Of a stretch of DNA of 32,000 bases, positions 28,786 through 32,000 are shown one piece after another. The DNA lies in the NCBI RefSeq assembly GCF_000009045.1, contig NC_000964.3, positions 3,990,001 through 4,022,000 of the forward strand, written 5' to 3'. The DNA comes from Bacillus subtilis subsp. subtilis str. 168 (GTDB taxonomy: Bacteria > Bacillota > Bacilli > Bacillales > Bacillaceae). A model generated the notes under the pieces. It saw only the letters and a program-made list of their open reading frames with translations, was not told the DNA's origin and searched no databases. Both the position numbers and the translations under genes were made by a program. Position 1 is the stretch's first letter. Every line of letters begins with the position of its first letter.

Positions 28786-29136
28786 TCAGTGTGACTTCTT
28801 GTCACACTTGATCACATCCCAACCTCCGCAATAGAAGCTTATTTGGTTTTCTTCGTCATACACATAATAACGGAGTCTTTCCCATTGATCGTCAGTCGGT
28901 ACAATCTCCAATGCAACCGAATCGATGGATTCAAGGTCATCCAGCTTTGATGCACTAATGTTTTCAAACCGCAATTGAATGTCACAGGTTTGAGCAGATC
29001 GTTTTCATTCAAACACAGGAATATGAATATAACGATCATCTTCTTTCATATAGAAAGAAAACTCGTTTAATGTAAATGGACCTGTATCCTCATCAGAAAG
29101 ATGCTGTTTCAATTTCTCGTATTGTGTGATATTCAA
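28786..29136 (-). pseudogene. Small orphan gene interrupted by one in-frame TGA
   Basis: TTG start at 29136 (RBS AGAGGG): MNITQYEKLKQHLSDEDTGPFTLNEFSFYMKEDDRYIHIPVFE*KRSAQTCDIQLRFENISASKLDDLESIDSVALEIVPTDDQWERLRYYVYDEENQISFYCGGWDVIKCDKKSH. TGA at 29005-29007; both halves share the frame. Confidence 0.75.
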
Positions 29137-29147
29137 ATGAATTCCCT

Positions 29148-29609
29148 CTATTTATATGATTCACCGCCAATCATATAAATGTCCACAGCATCGTATTCAA
29201 ACCATATGATCCGTTCGCCTGAGTCCGTTAGGCATTGGAGCTTCCCTTCTGAAAAATAGCTTTTATCCGGTTGAGGATCAGTGATCAGAAAAACATCATC
29301 ATTGATGGAAGCTAGCAGAAAGAGAAAATCTGCAATATCCCGGTCTGCTTCCTGTAATATGGATTGGAAATGGAATTCCCTTTTGGCCAGCTTCGTCACC
29401 TTGTAAGCATGACCTTCAAAATACTCGGACAGGTCTTCTATAAATGAACCAGTCGTTATTACCTGTATCATGATTCGATCGTAGGCAAGCCCTGCCCAAA
29501 AACGATAAAACGACTCTGCATCTTCAAGTTCGCATGCCATAACGGTTTGGTCAGGCTTAAGCTCGATCATGTCCAAATTGCCAATACTGCTTATAGAGGT
29601 TATTTCCAT
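29148..29609 (-). CDS. Small uncharacterised protein, 153 aa
   Basis: ORF with RBS AGGGGAAG; cytosolic, acidic; no family assigned. Confidence 0.7.
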   Translation of the reverse strand: MEITSISSIGNLDMIELKPDQTVMACELEDAESFYRFWAGLAYDRIMIQVITTGSFIEDLSEYFEGHAYKVTKLAKREFHFQSILQEADRDIADFLFLLASINDDVFLITDPQPDKSYFSEGKLQCLTDSGERIIWFEYDAVDIYMIGGESYK

Positions 29610-29624
29610 AAAATCTTCCCCTTA

Positions 29625-29921
29625 TCAGTTGGATAGCGCAACGCAAATCTCTTGTCTGACTTGTTCATACAAGAGAATGTGATGATACAGATCCTTATCG
29701 TTTTTGATCATATCCGGAAGTATGTCAGGATACAGCTCAAAAAAGCTTTTCTCCAACGAACGCCGCTGATGCCGGGGTATCCTTTTATTCGCCAGCACAT
29801 AATCCAAACTGCCAGCAACAAGCATAAAAAACTCATAGATTTCCGCTTCAAAGCCGTACAATTCATCAGGGTACTGCTTTTCTTCAAGCTCTCGCTGTCT
29901 TTTTCTCAGTTTTTGAAGCAC
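29625..29921 (-). CDS. Small uncharacterised protein, 98 aa
   Basis: GTG start after GGGAGAGGATCAAC; 15 nt from the next ORF. Confidence 0.6.
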   Translation of the reverse strand: MLQKLRKRQRELEEKQYPDELYGFEAEIYEFFMLVAGSLDYVLANKRIPRHQRRSLEKSFFELYPDILPDMIKNDKDLYHHILLYEQVRQEICVALSN

Positions 29922-29948
29922 GTTGATCCTCTCCCTTCCGCAATAATC

Positions 29949-30437
29949 TCATTTATTTCGAAACAGAATAGGCGGATCATTATCTATCGCCTCCAACAGC
30001 TCTTCACCAAACACAGTGATTGCACATTTCCACGGGTCTCCCAAAAGTCCCCAGGAGAAGTCCTGATGAAAAAAGAAATAATAGTCTCCATTTGGAAATA
30101 CGGGAACAGGCCATTCGCCAAATTCATCCTTAGGCATTGCCTGATGAGGACTAAAGGTATATCCGTCATGCTGCCAATCTAGTGCGTACATTACATCGTT
30201 CTTTCCAGTACCTAATTGAAATGCTTTTAAAATAGAAGTCTCTAAATCACTTAGCACTCCGCTCACATCATTATGACCAGCTTTACTGCTCATCGCGCTT
30301 GAGATATCAAACACTCGATATGGATCAGGCGGGATGATGTGATGACATCTGCTTCCGGGCTTCCATTTTATGATCTTGTTCACTTCTGACCAGATGCGGT
30401 CTTGTTTTGTCTGACTTAAAGCGCGCCAATTCATCAT
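29949..30437 (-). CDS. yxiI: DUF2716-like protein, 162 aa
   Basis: MMNWRALSQTKQDRIWSEVNKIIKWKP...ALDWQHDGYTFSPH...WPVPVFPNGDYYFFFHQDFSWGLLGDPWKCAITVFGEELL. Confidence 0.65.
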   Translation of the reverse strand: MMNWRALSQTKQDRIWSEVNKIIKWKPGSRCHHIIPPDPYRVFDISSAMSSKAGHNDVSGVLSDLETSILKAFQLGTGKNDVMYALDWQHDGYTFSPHQAMPKDEFGEWPVPVFPNGDYYFFFHQDFSWGLLGDPWKCAITVFGEELLEAIDNDPPILFRNK

Positions 30438-30454
30438 AATCTCATCCCTACACC

Positions 30455-31306
30455 TTATTGGATATCCTGCTTATAAACACCAGAAGAGGCCACTGCGTAA
30501 ACAGCGTAACTTGTCAGTTTCAGCTGTTGAACATCTAGGCCTTCACCGTTCGAATCACAGCATGTTATCTCTTCCATCTCTTGACTCACATCGGCAGAAA
30601 TCAAATAAAGAGACGACTTAAGGTCTGCACTGTAACAATTGAACGTCCCAACCAAAAAACCTTCTTCGGATATCGCGAGCTGATCAAATGCTTCTGAGTC
30701 CGGCTCTTTATCCGACAGAATCCACACCCGTCTCACGACCGTTTCATCAAATGCGGCAATGACTGCATCTCCGTAATACAGCATATAAATCAAGCCGTTT
30801 TTTTCTGCAAGTCCATAACAATCATCTACAGCAGGCGCATCCATTTCTTCAAGCTTTCTATCAATGTGTATTTCCTTCTGCTGACCATCTAACGTAAAAC
30901 ACCACACACTATGGCCGTTGGGATTCTCATCATGATAAATCCCTTCATCACATAAACCGACCCAAAGCTGTTGTTTCTAATCCAAAAGACAGCAGGAAAC
31001 CCCTGAAGGCAAGTGAAAAACACTTTTCACCCTTCCCTCTTCTGAAAAAACCTTTACCTTCGGCTCGTACGATTCGTAATAAACGAAGACATAGCCATCT
31101 GCACATTGTTGAAAGAGCAGAATATCACTGTATGAAATCTGCTCTTTCACTCTAAAATCCCGAACATCACCGGAAGGATCATAGATTGTAATGGTGATAC
31201 CACCTTTCAACCCTTTTCCAATGTAGACACGCCCCTGTGGATCAGCATGGAAAAAACAATCTTGGGTGTTCTCGTTGATGATTTTATTCAATTTTAATTT
31301 TTTCAT
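30455..31306 (-). pseudogene. Orphan gene (~283 codons) interrupted by one in-frame TAG
   Basis: The ORFs 31306-30977 and 30907-30455 share one frame. Reading across gives ...HLPSGVSCCLLD*KQQLWVGLCDEGIYHDENPNGHSVWCFTLDGQQKEI...; TAG at 30977-30979. Confidence 0.78.
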
Positions 31307-31428
31307 TGGTTATGCTCCTAGGTTCGAAATGAAATGATAAGAATAAACCATTTATTAGCTATTAGTAACGGACAACCTAGTTTCATTAATCGTTTTGGGA
31401 TAAATCTACTTTCCAATTCAGCCTTAAA

Positions 31429-31845
31429 TCATTTAGTGTTTAATTGGTATGCATAAAACGATTGATCATCAAAGCGAACTGTTTCAGCTTCTATAGCAAT
31501 CAGCATTCTGTTCATGTCAATAAGAAAGTTAGCATTTGATTGATACTCCGGAATTATAGAATTTGATAGATTCCCGATTCCTTCTGGATGATAACTCATC
31601 TCAAATACTTGCCAATTGTATTCTTCCGGATCTATTTTTTCCAATCTCATGTCGCCAACATCTGCACTATAATAAGCGGATGCCACATTTTGAAATGAAA
31701 TTTTATGCGTATATTCACCTTCATCTTCAAAAACCTTAATATCAAGTGAGAGTTCTTTTTTAAACACATTAAAATCTAAATGAAGGACACTGCACCCCTT
31801 ATCTATATAATCAACCCATTCATTAATCGTTTGATACATTGTCAT
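31429..31845 (-). CDS. Small uncharacterised protein, ~138 aa
   Basis: RBS-supported start at MTMYQTINEWVDYIDKG (31845, after AGAGGCAGGGG); the track's 163-aa start is less likely. Confidence 0.6.
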   Translation of the reverse strand: MTMYQTINEWVDYIDKGCSVLHLDFNVFKKELSLDIKVFEDEGEYTHKISFQNVASAYYSADVGDMRLEKIDPEEYNWQVFEMSYHPEGIGNLSNSIIPEYQSNANFLIDMNRMLIAIEAETVRFDDQSFYAYQLNTK

Positions 31846-32000
31846 CCCCTGCCTCTTTTTAAACAATAACGCCTTGCCACCAAGCAGAAAACAAATTACT
31901 CCGTATATTGTTTGATCCAATCATTTAAATCATCTGTTGAATGCAAATAAGTTTCTGATGAATCTTTCAAATCAATCCCACTTAGAAGGATTAACATATC

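Noticed and set aside
1-32000. CRISPR array, transposon, prophage, rRNA or tRNA
   Set aside because: Reading through the window, I saw no regularly spaced direct repeats, transposase or integrase ORFs, insertion-sequence ends, or recognisable tRNA/rRNA sequence.

Overview
The window reads as chromosomal DNA of a Bacillus subtilis-group strain, in the galE - yxkA - yxjO/N/M/L - pepT - yxjJ/I/H/G/F - scoB/scoA - yxjC - yxjB - nupG(yxjA) - yxiT/S - katE - citH - bglS - licT - yxiP - yxiO - deaD(yxiN) - yxiM - yxi small-gene neighbourhood. Gene assignments come from recognising protein motifs and gene order; no database search was run. Most of the window is ordinary, well-annotated chromosome. 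Regulatory RNAs visible in the sequence are two tandem SAM (S-box) riboswitches, one guanine-class purine riboswitch, and a LicT RAT/terminator switch. Promoter and operator sites include SigW (yxjI) and SigB (katE) promoter matches and several CcpA cre-like sites. Less ordinary observations are: (1) an unlisted 42-aa peptide ORF with no acidic residues, a strong Shine-Dalgarno and its own terminator (6412-6540); (2) an orphan plus-strand terminator-like hairpin preceded by a long imperfect hairpin between yxjB and the nupG riboswitch (15184-15430); (3) a right-end cluster of small orphan genes (28.7-32 kb), two of them interrupted by a single in-frame stop codon; (4) a disrupted secreted protein gene, yxiT-like, with apparent compensating frameshifts. 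I found no convincing evidence of a new multi-gene system. The small-gene cluster and the cationic peptide are the best leads.
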